Assembly: GCA_973895155.1 (NCBI GenBank)
Contig: OZ316899.1
Location: forward strand, 7,815,241 to 7,879,240
DNA length: 64,000 nucleotides
Source of the DNA: Marsupella aquatica
Taxonomy: Eukaryota > Plantae > Marchantiophyta
Reading direction: 5' to 3'
The position numbers were made by a program, and so were the translations under genes. The notes under the pieces were generated by a model. That model saw only the letters and a list, made by a program, of their open reading frames with translations. It did not search any database and had not been told where the DNA came from. This document shows positions 36,911-50,535 of the stretch, piece by piece (position 1 is the stretch's first letter; each line of letters opens with the position of its first letter).

Positions 36911-37364
36911 AATGCTTGAGGCAATTTTTTTTATCAACATAGGATTTTGTGCAATAGAACAATGAATCAAGGGGCTGTTGAATGATTGAAACAAAGGTCA
37001 TCCTTCATCAAATTTTTTAGAGAAGGGCTTGCATAAGCATGTATCATAAGGATATAACCCGAAGAAGAAATTTGAATGGATTTCATTGACTCCATTTACA
37101 AATTGACACCAACAAACATTGCAAATTGAGACGGGAGAAATTTAGAAAAGAATTCAGAATTAATGCTTCATCAATTATCTGAGGAAGATTACACATGAGG
37201 TGATTCAAGGAAACTACCAACATTGAGAAGATGGCACCTTTGACAAGTACAATCAAGAAATTAAACTTTCAAGCACTAGATATAGATGGCTCGAATTACT
37301 TGTCGTGGTCACTGGACGTTGAGGCACATTTGGCCTCAAAGGAAATTCCCGATACTATTCTTAC

Positions 37365-37628
37365 TGTGGTGCGTCCCATGGCTCCCTAAACCCAAGAAAC
37401 CCCCTTGCACAAGCCGATTCCCGCAAGTTTCGCCCTTGGCAAGGCCGGTTTTGTGGCTTAGCGACATGGGACGCTGCTAACCTCCTTCTACCAACATTTT
37501 AGCGCCAAAAATGTGGTGCGTCCCATGGCTCCCTAAACCCAAGAAACCCCTCTCACAAGCCGATTCCCGCAGGTTTTGCTCTTGGCGAGGCCGATTTTGC
37601 GGCTTTAGCTGCTAACTTCCTTCTACTA
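37365..37628. repeat. Two-copy direct repeat, period 147 bp
   Basis: TGTGGTGCGTCCCATGGCTCCCTAAACCCAAGAAACCCC at 37365 and 37512. Confidence 0.85.
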
Positions 37629-38591
37629 CTATTGCTATTAACATTTTACTCACATATACTGGACAGATCCTTCATCGGGTCATGAGATATGTAGTCGGCC
37701 TCTTCTATGTGTTCCCTTGGTCTCCTCTCTTGGTCTTCCTTTAGGTATGTTTGGATTCCACCGCCGGAATGATCCCCAACTGGCTTGGGTAAGCCGCTAA
37801 GACCTCTCTTAACTTGACACATCCAACTCTTACTACCTTGCTTACTCCCTTCTCTTGGTTCATGTGGGCAATCTTCAAACAAGTTAATGTGACACACAAA
37901 TAGCAAAATGACTCCTTCCGACTGAGTTATATCATGCACTTGCCATACAAACAGTACTTCTCATACACAAGTGTGACGCCAGTGACATGGTCCTTATTCA
38001 ATAATACGATGGAATTGGTATGCTGTGCACAGTAAGTAACTGTCAGACTGTAGAATGATCAGCAAGATGGCAAGAATAAGGGCAATCATGGCGTTGAGAG
38101 CAGGACTAGGGTAGTTTAGCTTGAAGAGCGCACAGCCGAGACAGACATAACGGCCACAGTCATTGTCAGGGCCACAAATAAGCAGCTAGAGGACAAGAGG
38201 ATTCACCTCCTCTACCATACTACCGTGCTAACGGGCACAATGGAGCATGGAGGCTCTCCAAGACGTAGGGGCAAGGGGAAGCGAGTCTCCACAATTGAGA
38301 AAACGGTTGTGTGATATGGTGATTGTTATCATGATGAAATCTGAATGTCTTGGGTGTGTATCTTCATTTTGTTACTTAGGTTAGTGATTCATAGTCTAGT
38401 TTTAGTGTGATAGGGAAATAAAAAGTTATGTCGCGGGTGGTCGGCGACCGTATCTCTTTCAATGTGTCGCCAAATCCGGATCTGTAAAGAGCATTGGAAA
38501 GATCTGGTCAAGGCGAGTAAAATCAATATAAAACACTTGGGAAACGGAGGTGTATTAAGAAAGATACGGCCTGATTAGTGTGTCGGGTTAA

Positions 38592-40521
38592 TGTGTGACC
38601 GGAATTAGCGGGTTTGGCTTCGGTTTCGGGTTAACCTAAGCTTGGCCACGGCTTAGCTTAGGTCAGCCCGGCTTCAGCTTAGGCTTAGCCCAAGTTTGGG
38701 TTAGCCTGACCTCGGGCCCGGGTTAGCATAATTATAGGTCAGCTCAGGTTCGGGCTCAGACTAGCGGCTAGCAGACTAGAAGACTAGCGGATAAGCGGAT
38801 AGTAGACTAGCGGCTAGCAGACTAGCAAACTAGCGGATAGCAGACTAGCGGCTAGCAGATTAGCCAGAGGCCACGGGTTAGCTCTACTCGGGCTAGATAG
38901 GATAGCTTGGTTAGCCAAACTCGGGTTAGCTATGTAACTCGGGTTAGCGCAACAGTGTGTACCCCCTCTCGGTTGTGGGGGCATAACTTTCTCTGTATTT
39001 GCCCAAATCGGCTATAATTGACCTCGTTGGAAAGAGGAGCTCAAGCCACTTCCAACGCTGCTATCCATGCAACAAATGGTTGAACAGAGAAATCTGGAGA
39101 GGAGGCGCAAGCTCGCAAAAATTGTGGAGGAGAGCCAAATCCGAAATACATAGTCAGTTTGAGATAGAAATAAAGTTTCGAGTTAGGGTTTAGTAGTTAG
39201 ATATAGTGGCGGCTCTGTTAGGGCTAGGATGGGGCGCCAATAACGTAGCATCCACCCATTTGGGCTTAGTGCGAGAGTATATAGGGTAGCCCCCTGGTAG
39301 AGGCAGGGGGGACTTCAGTTGTGTGATCTCACTTAGACTGAGCATCAGGGAGGAGCTCTGTGCAAGCAAGGTTGGACTTGGACGTCGTGTGTTGGGGAGA
39401 GCTGGGTTGTGCTATTACTTAGGGAGTAATCAGCCAAGCTTCACAACAACGGTTTGTCAGGTTTGCGAGCTGGATTGTGGCTCTTTCTAGTGGGCAGCAC
39501 AACTGGGTTCTTGGTGATAGGTGACGTATTGGTGATTGTAAACTGTGGGGAGGATTTTGATTGCATTTACGATGAGCACAGTAGGGAGGCTGAGACACTG
39601 ATCAAGGTGCAGCAGGAGGAGCATTTACAATCAGTTTGGCAAGCTACGTGATCCATGGGGAGTCCCGGCCGTTGTCTGGTAGAGAGCACTAAGGGATTTA
39701 TGGCCAGAGCTGAGCTTGTAGGGCAAGCATGAGGCCGGGCCTCATTGCAGTCTGGGGTAGATCGCCGTTAGGCCTGGTACCAGCTTTGAAGTCGAGTCAA
39801 CTGTGCATGCATAACTTGACATTCTGAAATGGAGGTGTGAGATCTGTATGTGCCCCCAAGAATGAAGTGCAATGAAGGAGGCTGAGTTCAGGATTGAGTT
39901 TGCAAGGCAAGTACGGGATTGGTTCAAGTCCAATCTGCCGTCGCAATCTGGAGTGGGTCGGGCTCAAGTTCAGGGTTGAGCTTGCATGGCAAGCACGGGG
40001 CTTGCAGGGCAAGCACGTCGCAATCTGGAGTAGACAGCCTTCGGGACTATTGGTCAAATCAAGTGTTCTCAGTGAACTATTGTGCACATCAATGAATCTA
40101 ATTGAGTTTTCCTCTCAGGCCTCATTTCTCTCATGGATGTGTGTGTGTGTGAGGCAATCTGAGTGTATGATGGGACTAGCAGCGCCACTGAGAGGTGTAC
40201 CGGGTGCATTGAAGTGGGTTGGGTGAGGGCTACAGTCATAACTCTGATTGTTGGGAGTGGAATGGCAGAGTGGTGGGGCAATGGTTTAGAAGTCCCTAAG
40301 CCGGGAATCAGTCAGAGTCACTGGTTTATGGGTACATTCCGGCGGCGGAATAGAAACATACCTATGGCAGTAAGCATACATATAGACATATGCGCACCGT
40401 AGCGCTAGGCACTGTGTGTACGGGCCCGACATGAAGACCCCTTCTCACCAGAACTATCATGAGTGCAAGAGCTGATTCCCAACCTTGGTCCTTTGGGATT
40501 GAGCTTGGGTGATGTGTGACA
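38592..40521 (+). mobile_element. LTR-like sequence D related to the gypsy B LTR but lacking the ORF; left boundary uncertain
   Basis: Shares CCCCT(C)GGTAGAGGCAGGGGGG, CCCT(T)AAGCCGGG, GGTACRTTYCGGCGGCGGAA, CATACCTA and TATGCGCAC..AGCGCTAG with the 3' part of the B LTR; ends GTGACA. No TSD found. Confidence 0.6.
38757..38950. repeat. Short tandem repeats (AGACTAGCGGCTAGC / CTCGGGTTAGC units)
   Basis: Directly visible ~7/15-bp periodicity. Confidence 0.85.
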
Positions 40522-41113
40522 GAGTCTTGCTATGATAGTCTGGCGTTAAGGGGATAAACCGGTGTATACCAGCCTTCACAACGTCCCTCCGTGATCCTCA
40601 GGTACAAGGAGATAGTTTTGGCACCCAATAGTGATAGCTTTGGTGTCAAGACCCAATGTCAACCACTTGACAACAAGATCTGCAAACTAAGCCGTGAGGC
40701 CAACTCTATTCATCTCTTAGGCATGAGGAAACGTGAATATACACAAGGGTCACAGTATAACTAATCGAGAGCTTCTTTTACTACCTGATTCCAGCCCTGC
40801 TGGTGCACTAAAAACTTGCTAAAGAAGAAGGCCCTAAACTCCCCGCAGCCCAGGTACTTATCCTGGCAGTGGATCCGCCTAATTCTTTGCAATGTAAGCC
40901 TAATCTACCTAACTATAATCTACCTATGTACAGCAAGGCAGGAACACAAGTGTTGCTCTTACCAGTGGATCCGCAATCCCACTAATCTAAGTGTCAGGGC
41001 CGCCTCCTGGTCCTGATCCTAATTCTAAACTTGGAGATCTAAGCCCACCCTGCCCACTCACACCTCCTCCCTCCACGTCCGCCCTCCTTAAAAGGAGCGG
41101 CCCTCCACCACCG

Positions 41114-44100
41114 TCATGGTAGTGGTGGCTGATCCTCAATGGACGCCCCCAATGCTTCTTCCGTAGCCATTGCCGTAGGTCCATCCTCTGACAGATTACC
41201 TGCCCCAGACCAAGTCAACTCTCCAGCGGCCTGACTGGGTCCACCCTCGGCTTCGGTCTCAGCATCGGCCACGGCCTCTAATATGGCTACGGCCTCCTCG
41301 GCATGCTCTAGTGGAGGATCTGATACCCCGGCTTCATCACTAAGTGTTCCGGCCTCGGCCTTACCATCCCCGCCTTCTAGGGGTGGATCTACCGTGATCC
41401 TGCCTGAGGTTGGTGCCGGTTGTACCTCCTCTGTCACGACGGCTTGAGAAGCTGCATTACTCCCTGGCCCAGAAGGTTTCCGCTTCTTCTTCCCTGTTTT
41501 GGCAGCTGGTCCCTTCCCCTTGCCACTTATCTCCGACACCAGTGCGAGTGTCGCGGCTTGTCCTTCGGCCAGTATTACTCCTGGGAACTTGGTTGCCCCA
41601 ATTGGACTTGATGAAACCAAGCACTTAAATACTGCGGCTTGTTTCTTTAGCCGCTCTGTTTGGTTGTCGGCTCGCCGCTGTAAGTTCTCCATCTTCCTCG
41701 TGCTTTCCTCCAACTCCTCTTGCACTTTGTTCAGGTCCTTGCAAGCCTCCTCCAACTCCTTTTGGGCTTCCTCCAATTCCTTTTTTAAGGTAGCCCTCTC
41801 CTCTTGGGTTGCTCTTAGCTCCTTGTCGAACTCCACTACAACCTCAGACTCCATTTTATTCATCTTGGCATAAGTCTGATCGAGCTGGTTGTCTTTCTCA
41901 CGCAGTTTGGCCTTGAAGCTGGCCGTTAGGGATGCAAGCTCCTGTTGCAGCACAATTATCCCTTGATAGGATTTCCCTAACTCGGCCTCCTTCTACTCAA
42001 GGGCTTCGCGGATATCCTTGAGTTCCCCCTTCAATGCCCTTTCCCTTCTCTGAGTCTCCGCCATGGCCCGATTGTTGGCTGCTATGTGGGCCTCCTCTGC
42101 ATCCCTCAGCTCTCGCTTCCACTTCTCCCTTTCCTTGACCGCAACGGCCAACTCCTCCTGGGTCTGAGTCAGTTTATCCTTGATAATCTGATTATCAGAC
42201 TAAGCGGTATCCAATTGCCCCTACATGATGTTTAGCTCATGCCGCTTAATCTGCAGCTCATCTTGGGCTTTCTTGGCCGCCTTTAGGTCTTCCACCTCGG
42301 CTTCCCTTGCCCTAAGTTGACGGATGACCTTGTCTTTCTTTCTTCTCTCCAACGCCACCGCTTCTTCTAATCGGCATTTTTCCAACATCTCCCTCTAGAA
42401 AAAAGGTCCCTGCTCCAACTCCTCCCCAAAGATGTTGAGCGCAAGTTTCCCACACATCTCCCCGTACTCCATGGCTCTTTCTTTAGCATAGGTGGAGTGA
42501 GTAGAAGTCATCGACATCAACCACCGTGGCCTTTGTTCCCAAGCCGCCTTGCGGATTTCTTCTATCGTGGCTGGAGGACTACTTTGTTTTTCTGCAAGCC
42601 GCCTAATGTCCTCTGGTCATTCTCCCCCTGGTAAATCTTTCTCCCTAGCCAGGGCTGCCCTCTCTTCCTCCCTGAGTTGCTCCTGAAACTCTTGTGCCGT
42701 CTGTTTTATGCCATCAAAGCTCAGGGGAGCGACATCTGGCGGGGGGGACTTGGGGCTGTTATGCTGGGTGGGGTCCCCTCGAACTACTCTTGGAAGCGTG
42801 GGGATGAAACGGCCATAGGTCCTTATTCCTGGGACATGATGGTCCAACCCGTAGCCGGAGTCATCATTGCCGTAGTCCTCCACCGCCTCCTCCACTGCTT
42901 GGACTACCGGCTCCCCCCGCTGCTCCCCTGGTCTTGCCGTGAACACGGCCTCCTGCCGATCATAGCTAGCAGGTCCTAGTTCCTCCTCTGGCTTCCAGGC
43001 TGTCTTCTCCCTTTGTTTCCCCTAAACAAGAGCCTTAGGCTGCCTTCCCTCGGCTACAGGACTCGAGGCTCCTACATACATTTGAACCCCCGGCTCGTGT
43101 TCCAGCCTCCTTCTTTCCTTGGCTCCAGTAAAGGGGTTTTCCTTCATGAGTCGGCTTAGGCTGACCTCTAAAGGAGTGTCCTGTACCTATGCCATTGCCG
43201 TTGTAGTTCTCTTTTCTTTCTCCAACAATTTCAGCAGATTCTGCATGCCTGGTTGTTGCATCGGCAAGTCCTCCGTCCTCGGCCTAAACACCTACTCGAT
43301 TGTAGGACTGTCGGGCTGGTTTGGTTTCTCTATTGCCGGCCTCTATTTTGGAACCTCCTTTGGTGCCCTTGCCTGCAGTGGAAGTATCGGGGCAAAGATC
43401 TGACTTCGGGCATACCAGCACAATAGCAACATGTGATAGCCAAGCCGGGACACGCTTCCCATGCCGATCGCCTGCTGTTCCTCCCTCAAGATCTTCTTCA
43501 GTTGGGTGAGGAGGTACCCGTTGTAGTCCCGGCTTGGGTCTGGCCTTTCCGCTAGGTAGACCTGTGCCTTGCCGATCTCTGGCCTTGGCAAGTTGCAGTG
43601 CATGGTTACCCCCAAGAAATTGATGATCTCTCCTATGTGCGGGTTGGTGCAGGTGTTCTAAAAGAATCCATTCTTTGTTGATGGCCATGGGAATGATTGG
43701 AACTCCTTGTCTGGCAAGGTCTTTTGGGTATCTACTTTGGTCTTATTGCCCATCGGCAAGCCAAACACTTTGGCAATCACCCGGGGAGTGAGATAGAGAT
43801 CCTTCCCATACACCCTTGTGGAATTGGTCTCAGGTTCCCATGATCCCCCAAATTCTAATCAATCTGAATCCAGCACCTCCGGCTTCAGCCATGGGAATTT
43901 CACGAAAGCTTTCAAGCCGGATCCGGCCATGACGCCCTGGTACTTCCGAGTCTGCATAGCCGTAAAGCATGCATCCTCTTCACGTGCAAAGTGTAATTGC
44001 ACTTCCTTAGGGAGGGTCGCCGCCCAGCCTTTCCAGGTGTCATCTCTTGTCGGAATGGCATTGATGGGGTCGACCTCCTCTTCTTCGGCTTTGTCCTGCC

Positions 44101-44548
44101 TCTTGCTCCCTTGCTCGGCTGGCTTCCTTGGTGCCGCCGACCTCATTCTCTTTGCAGGGGTGGTCACTTCGTTGGCGTTCCCTTTCCTCTTCATAGCTGT
44201 TGCCATGGATGTTTCTCCTAGAACGGTTGCCTTCGTCCACCCCTCCATGCTACCCTTCAACTCCCAGTGTATGTTGTTGCAGCGGTTGATGGCTTCCCGG
44301 ATGCCGACTATTTTGTTCTCACAAAATAGAAGATAGTCAAGTTCGTTGCTAGTAGGTGTCCACAGGAATTCAGCCATGATGAGTTCTCCTCCTGAGAAGG
44401 CAGACTTCTGCAGCTCCCACAGTTGAGCAAGCTCCTGCCGTTCTCAAGCGGCTCTCTCCAATTCTTCGTCCTTGTAGGTCCCAATGTACTCAGTTGCCCG
44501 TTCTAACAAGCATCCCCAAAAATGAGCAACCTGATTGACGTTGCTCAT
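41114..44548 (-). pseudogene. LTR-encoded accessory ORF of family C (decayed; long coiled-coil C-terminus)
   Basis: Fragments 43859-44377, 43343-43615 and 41114-41953 (heptad-rich); homologous to the ORF at 1-1083 and to the core of the B LTR ORF. Confidence 0.8.
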
Positions 44549-44910
44549 ACCCTTCCTTGAATTGATAGTTGGTATCTGCTCCCTCCCCAAGTGCTTGCCT
44601 AAGCAGTTGACAATAGTTGCTTCACGTAGTCGTCTGCTTAGTTCGTACTTGCAAATGAGCCACCATTCCTTACGATCGATCCTTACCCCCTTGTCTGGTC
44701 TTCCTTCCCGTTAGTTACCCATAGCCACCGGTACTTAGCATGCCCTAACCCTAATCGTGTTCCCTCTCCCGATGTCCTTACTTCCGGCCTCGGCTCGGGT
44801 TCCATAGTCATCCTTAATTGTTTATATTTTCCTTGTTTTTGTTACTATACTAATGTGTTTCCAGGGTACACTCCTGATTTTACCATTTAAACTGGCCTAG
44901 TGATTCCTGG

Positions 44911-47900
44911 CTAGGCATCACATAGCTCCCCACTTAATTGTGAAGCGTCCTCGCGAACAACTTCATCTTTGTCCATATAGTATTTCTTGAGGCGGTCGTA
45001 GTGAATGCGAACTAGGTACACCTCTCCAGTTATGTTGGCCAATTGCACGGAGCCAGTGGAGAACTTCATGGTTACCCTGAAGGGTCCTAACCAGCGAGTG
45101 TAAAGTTTACCTGGAAACCTACTATACCTACTATCGTAAAGTAATACAAGATCTCCTATGTGAATACTAACTGGTTTCAACTTTTTATCATATTGTTGCT
45201 TCATGGTATTCTATCTATATTCTACTCTCTCGGCTGAAATTATTCTGGCCTCTTCTAAAGCGTCTAATCCATATTCTCGCTCCTCTGGGCTTTCCTCCTA
45301 TGAGGCTCTCTCATTAATTGTAACTTGAAATGTAGGAATCTCAAGTTGCATGGGTACCAGAGCTTCCTGTCCAAATGTTAAGAAAAAGGGTGTATGACCG
45401 GTAGTGGATTTATAGGCTAAATTGTAAGCAAAAACAGCAGCAAACAATTTATCATCCCCATCGAGTTTGTTTTGGGCTACGGTCTTGTTTAATATCTTTC
45501 CTATAATTCCATTGGCTTGTTCTGTCAACCCATTTGCCTTTGGGTGGTAAGGAGTAGTAGGCCTATGTCTAACTAAATACTACTTATTTAAACGACTAAT
45601 TATATCATTCAGAAAATGGGTTCCTCTATCACTAACTAATTCTAGTGGTGCGCCATACCTGGTGAAGATCTGCTCAAACATGAATCGAGCCGTAGTAATT
45701 GCATCATCCTTCATTGTTGGCCTGGCCTCCACTCACTTAGTTGCATAATCCGTGGCCAGGATTATGTACTTGTTCCTCCGAGGATGGGTTAATGGTTTCA
45801 GGGGTCCAATGTAATCAATACCCCACTTCTCAAATGGTGCCAGAGGTAGAATAGGGTGCAGTGGATGTCTTGTGGACGCCCTTGGTCCTCCCGCTTGTTG
45901 ACAAGGATCGCATTGTTTGATAAACTGATAGACATCCTTGTGCAAGGTGGGCCACCAGTAATTGGCATTTAATATCTTTTTAGATGTGGTTATTGGAGCA
46001 AAATGTCCTCCGGCTTCCTCTCCATGCATAGCCCGTAAGACTTGTTTTACCTCCCCTTTCTCCAAACACCTTTGAATTGTGCCGCTGATTCCATACCTGT
46101 GTGGCATGCCCCTAATGCATTGATACTGTTTGACCTTCCGCAGAAAGACTGCCGCTTGTTCTTGGTTTAGCCCTGGCTGTAATCTGGATGTGCTGAGAAA
46201 TTGTAAAATCTCAGGGTACCATGTATCAGCTATTTCCACAACAAATAGTTCCTCGTCGGGGAATCGATCATCGATGCAATCCGTGGCAGGTTCACCTGTG
46301 ATCCTTGAAAAGAAGTTGGCATTGGCATGTAGCTTTCCCGGCTTGATTTTTAGCTCGTAGTCAAATTCCTATAATAGCAAAATCCATCTTGCTACCCTGC
46401 CTGTAAGGTCCGGCTTATTTACTAGGTACTTCAAACTTTCATGATCAGTATGAAAGATTACCTTGTACCCTAGCAAATAATGCCTAAACTTTTTACATGA
46501 ATAAATGACTCCTAATGCTTCTCTTTCTGTGGTCGAGTAGTTTTGTTCGGCATCGGCAAGCTGGCGGCTTGCAAAGTATATAGGATGGTCCCTTCCTTTC
46601 TCATCTAACCGACTTAGTACTGAGCCGATACAGAAACCTGAGACATCTACAAAGACGTGGAAATCCTTGTTCCAGTCTGGTGCTATCATGACTGGGGCCT
46701 CTACTAACATTTGCTTTAATTCCACCACAGCTGTTACTCGTTCTGGTGTGGGTTCAAAGTCTGCACCTGCCTTGAGCATGTTGGTTAATGGTAAAGCTAG
46801 CTTGGCAAAATCCTTGATGAACCGGCGATAATAGCCAATGCACCCCAAGAAGGATCTCACATCCTTTATGTTCTTAGGTTGCATAATATCTAGCCATACT
46901 GCTAGCTTACCCTTGTCAATCTCAATGCCCTTCTTAGATACCTTGTGACCTAGCAGCACACCTTCTGTTACTCCAAAGAAACATTTATCTGGGTGTAACT
47001 TGAGACCTACCTCTCTGCATCTCATGAAGGTCTTCCTTAGGTATTTAGCATGTTTCAATGCCTTCCCAAATACTGCAAAGTCATCAATGAAGATTTCCAT
47101 GAACTTTCTCAAGTAGTCATGGAAAATGTTCACCATTAGTCGTTGGAACATAGCTGGTGCGTTACAGAGTCCAAACGGCATACGATTGAAGACATAGATC
47201 CCCCATTCCGTGATGAAGGCCGTCTTGATTTGGTCCTCCTGCCTAATAATGATTTGGTTATAACCAGAGTACCCATCCATGAATGAGTATAGTTCATGAT
47301 TGGCTACCATGTCCAATACCATATCAGTAAAGGGCAAGGGAAAATGGTCCTTCAACATGGCCTCATTTAACTTCCTATAATCCTGACAAACCCGGATCTT
47401 GGGTTTACCATTGGGTCCAGCTTTCTTGGGAACTATCACAATTGGAGACACCTAGTCTGAGTGTAGGACTGGAGTGATGAATCCAACTTCCATTAGCTTG
47501 TCGATTTCATCTTTGACCAACAGGGAATACTTAGGGTTCATCCTTCGAATTGGTTGTCGAAATGATTTGGCCCCTAACATGAGATCGATTTGGTGTTCTT
47601 CTAATTTTGGATCTACTCCCTTCGGGTCTTGATGGCTCCACGCAAACACATCTTGAAATTCAATCAGTAATTCACTGATTTCTTTCTCAAGCTCAGGTGC
47701 TAGGTCCCGTCCCAAGTTCAGTTCCCTTCCTTCTCCTAAGTCGAGCTTCCGGTATTGCCGTGCTTGGATCATATTAATCTACTTCTTCAAATTCAAGTCC
47801 AGCTCAGCTTCCAGCCTCTCTAGTCTCATACCTCCATAAACTGGAATCTCGGCTGCACTAGCCAAGTCGTTTGACTTGATTTCTCCCTTGTTATCCGCAG

Positions 47901-48393
47901 ACTGTTCCTTTGCCGGTCTATTCGGTTTTGAATTGGTGGTCGGCTTCCCTTCCTGACTCGGCTCTGGGTTGTTTTTATGCATCTTCTCCATCCCCGCTTC
48001 TTGGGTTTCAGGCCGTTGTGCTCTTCCGTCTTCTAGTAGGGCCTCAATTTGTTCTGCCCTCGTGATCGGCTTGTATGCCGATCCCTTGGTATTTAATTTA
48101 TTGCCGATGGTAGATGACGTTGTGGATTCTGCCGGCTCTGCCACAATGCCTGAGGAAAATCCATTGTTTCTGGTGCAGCTCCCCACTTAGCCGTTTCATC
48201 CAACTAGTCCACCTCTTGTGCTTCCTCTGGAATTGAAGCTAGAAAGGTGGACTCTATGACAAAGCAGTCCTCGGTCTCTTCTTCGCATTCTTCCAAGTCA
48301 CCCTCCATAGGTTCTTGCCATAGTCCGCTGGGGGGTACTTCTGGTCTGAAGACACTTTCTTCGGTTAGGTCAGTGAGGCCTTCTAGCCAATGT
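44911..48393 (-). pseudogene. pol (RT, RNase H, integrase) of family C
   Basis: DYRKLNE, MDGYSGYNQI, FIDD, WGIDYIGP and WLGPF motifs, with several stops. Confidence 0.92.
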
Positions 48394-49636
48394 TGTCACA
48401 AGGACTTAAACTTAGGGGCTCCTCGGGCAAATTGCACATTTCTGGCTACAATTGGGACAGGCGACAAGCACTTTTCGGAGCGAACTCTCACTCCTTCATA
48501 TTTTTTACTTTTCTCACAAAGGTTACAATAGGTGCCCTCGAGTAAGCTTTCCCGCAAGAGTCTGGTAGCTGGCCCTACGGCGGGCTGCTACCTCTAACTA
48601 GTCGAGTAGAACTCCTCGAGTGACTAACTACTCAAAATCTGAAGGAAAACTATCCTCCTTAGCTCACAAAACCAAAACTCAACTAGCTACTCTACTAGTC
48701 TAAAATAGCTCACACGGAACTCGGGCCTGGACCAACGAGGCTCCAAACTCGAGAAATCCTGGCCTGGATCGACAAGACTCCAAACTTGAGAAATCCTCGT
48801 CTGGATCAACGAGACTCCAGACTCGAGAAATTCCCCGTCTGGATCAAAAACTCCCCACCTGGATCCAACACTCGCTCAGAACTCCAAAACCGCCGCACAA
48901 TAGTCGGGTTCCGCAGAACGGAGCGGAACTCACAGCTCGCAACTCAACAGATCTCAATAGACAACCGCCAACCTCAATGAGCCGAGGCTCAAGTCTTAAG
49001 TAGCATTGGAAACCCAACCATCTAGCCTGAGCCAGCTGCCATCAGTGAGGCTCATCCAAACTCCAAGCTTGGTGACTCACCCAAACACCAAACCTGGTGA
49101 CGACAAGTCACCCAATCACCAAACCTCAATCCATCCAACCAAGCAGCCCCTCCGAGTCAGCATGCACGCAACCCAACCAGGAGGCCTTGCCCATCATTCC
49201 CTATAAAATCCATTCTTGAGCCAAAATCTTTTGGCACGACATCCTCCCCCAGTAAACCTGAGCAACCTCCGGTCTGCTCCAATCCATCAGATATCCTCTA
49301 AGTCTGAGTCCAAACTCGAGCCATGCGCTTGGACACTTCCTCCTCAAGAAACTCAAACCCAAAGCCTTCAGACTCAGCCTTAGGCACTCCACTTTCCAGA
49401 AACTCGAAGTCCAACTCATCCGAATCAGAACCAGTCAAGCCACTTTTGAAACTCAAGTCCAACGGATGTGCCTGGACCAGTGCGTGGTCTTCAAATTCAC
49501 TCAGGTCGGAACTTGAGTCCATTCCCTTCTCGGTCCTCCTCTTGAAGATCTTCACCCTTTTCCCTGCGTAAGGTACTTGGTGAACTGTTCCATCCAACTC
49601 CCGAATAGTGTAGGTCGCATTTGCATGAACAACAAC
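48394..49636 (-). mobile_element. Gypsy A copy 2: 3' LTR (48394-49241), PPT and integrase C-terminus
   Basis: Reverse complement of ~7010-8253; cut at 49637 by gypsy B copy 2. Confidence 0.92.
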
Positions 49637-50535
49637 TGTCACGTCGTAGGCTTCGGCCTTAACTCAGACTTCAGCTTAGACGGGCACATCCCTCGTAAAT
49701 CTGAGGGTTCGGGCAGGAAGGGAAGCACGTAATGCACCTTATTCTCGTAAACTAGCGCTAAGTGCGCATACTGCTAAATATGAACACCTCCTAGGTATGG
49801 TTTGTGTTCCGCCGCCGGAACGTACCTTAGTCGATAGCAGGATCGACCCCGGCTTAAGGGCTTCTAAGCCTTCGTGCTGTCCGCCTTCGATCCGGATTCG
49901 ATGATACAGGTCCTCAACCCGTGCTCGCAACCACTTACCCGCAGGCTGCACCCTGTGCACGTCTCGGGTAGTGCGTTCGGCCTGGCGCTGCCACCCATAT
50001 ACGAGAAACCCACACACATATGCGCACACATGCATACAATCTCGATTTACACGAAGGAAAATGATGGGAAAGGATTTTACTACAAAGGGAACATATGCGT
50101 ACACTTAGTTGACACGACAGCCTTGGAATGCACAGGTTCAAGGCCGAGGGTGCACACTACAACGGAGCCCGGCTCCGCACTCGCCCGGCGAGCTTAGTCC
50201 TACCCCCTCCCCTTGGTACTCTGTCATTCCCAGAGGTCGGGACTCCCCGCATGTCCCACGGATGTCCGACTCTGAAACTAAAAACCCCCCCTCTGCCTCT
50301 ACCGAGGGGTGCACTAAATACTAAGAGCCGAGGAACGGGGTGTCCTCTCGCCAAAGATTCGCTGACTAAGGTCCTAACTAAGCTGACAGTCAGGACGGAA
50401 AACGGCTGTGTCTCATTAGAAGATCCTAATTTACGCAGGCTGGACAGCAGGGCAGCGCTGCTGTACCTAAGGCAGGTGCCTGTCCCAAGAGCCTGACTAA
50501 GCCAATCCTAATCCTAATCTATTCCTACTCCGCCG

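Larger units (their letters stand above)
40522..48393 (-). mobile_element. Ty3/gypsy family C remnant (pol + partial 3' LTR >4.4 kb containing an ORF), related to B
   Basis: Pol ends VREDASQLSGELCDA as in B; PPT AAGTGGGGAG, then LTR start TGTGATGCC at 44922; interrupted at 48394 by gypsy A copy 2. Left extent is approximate. Confidence 0.88.

Noticed and set aside
41114-41953. Host myosin/SMC-like coiled-coil gene
   Set aside because: It is the C-terminal part of the family C LTR ORF.
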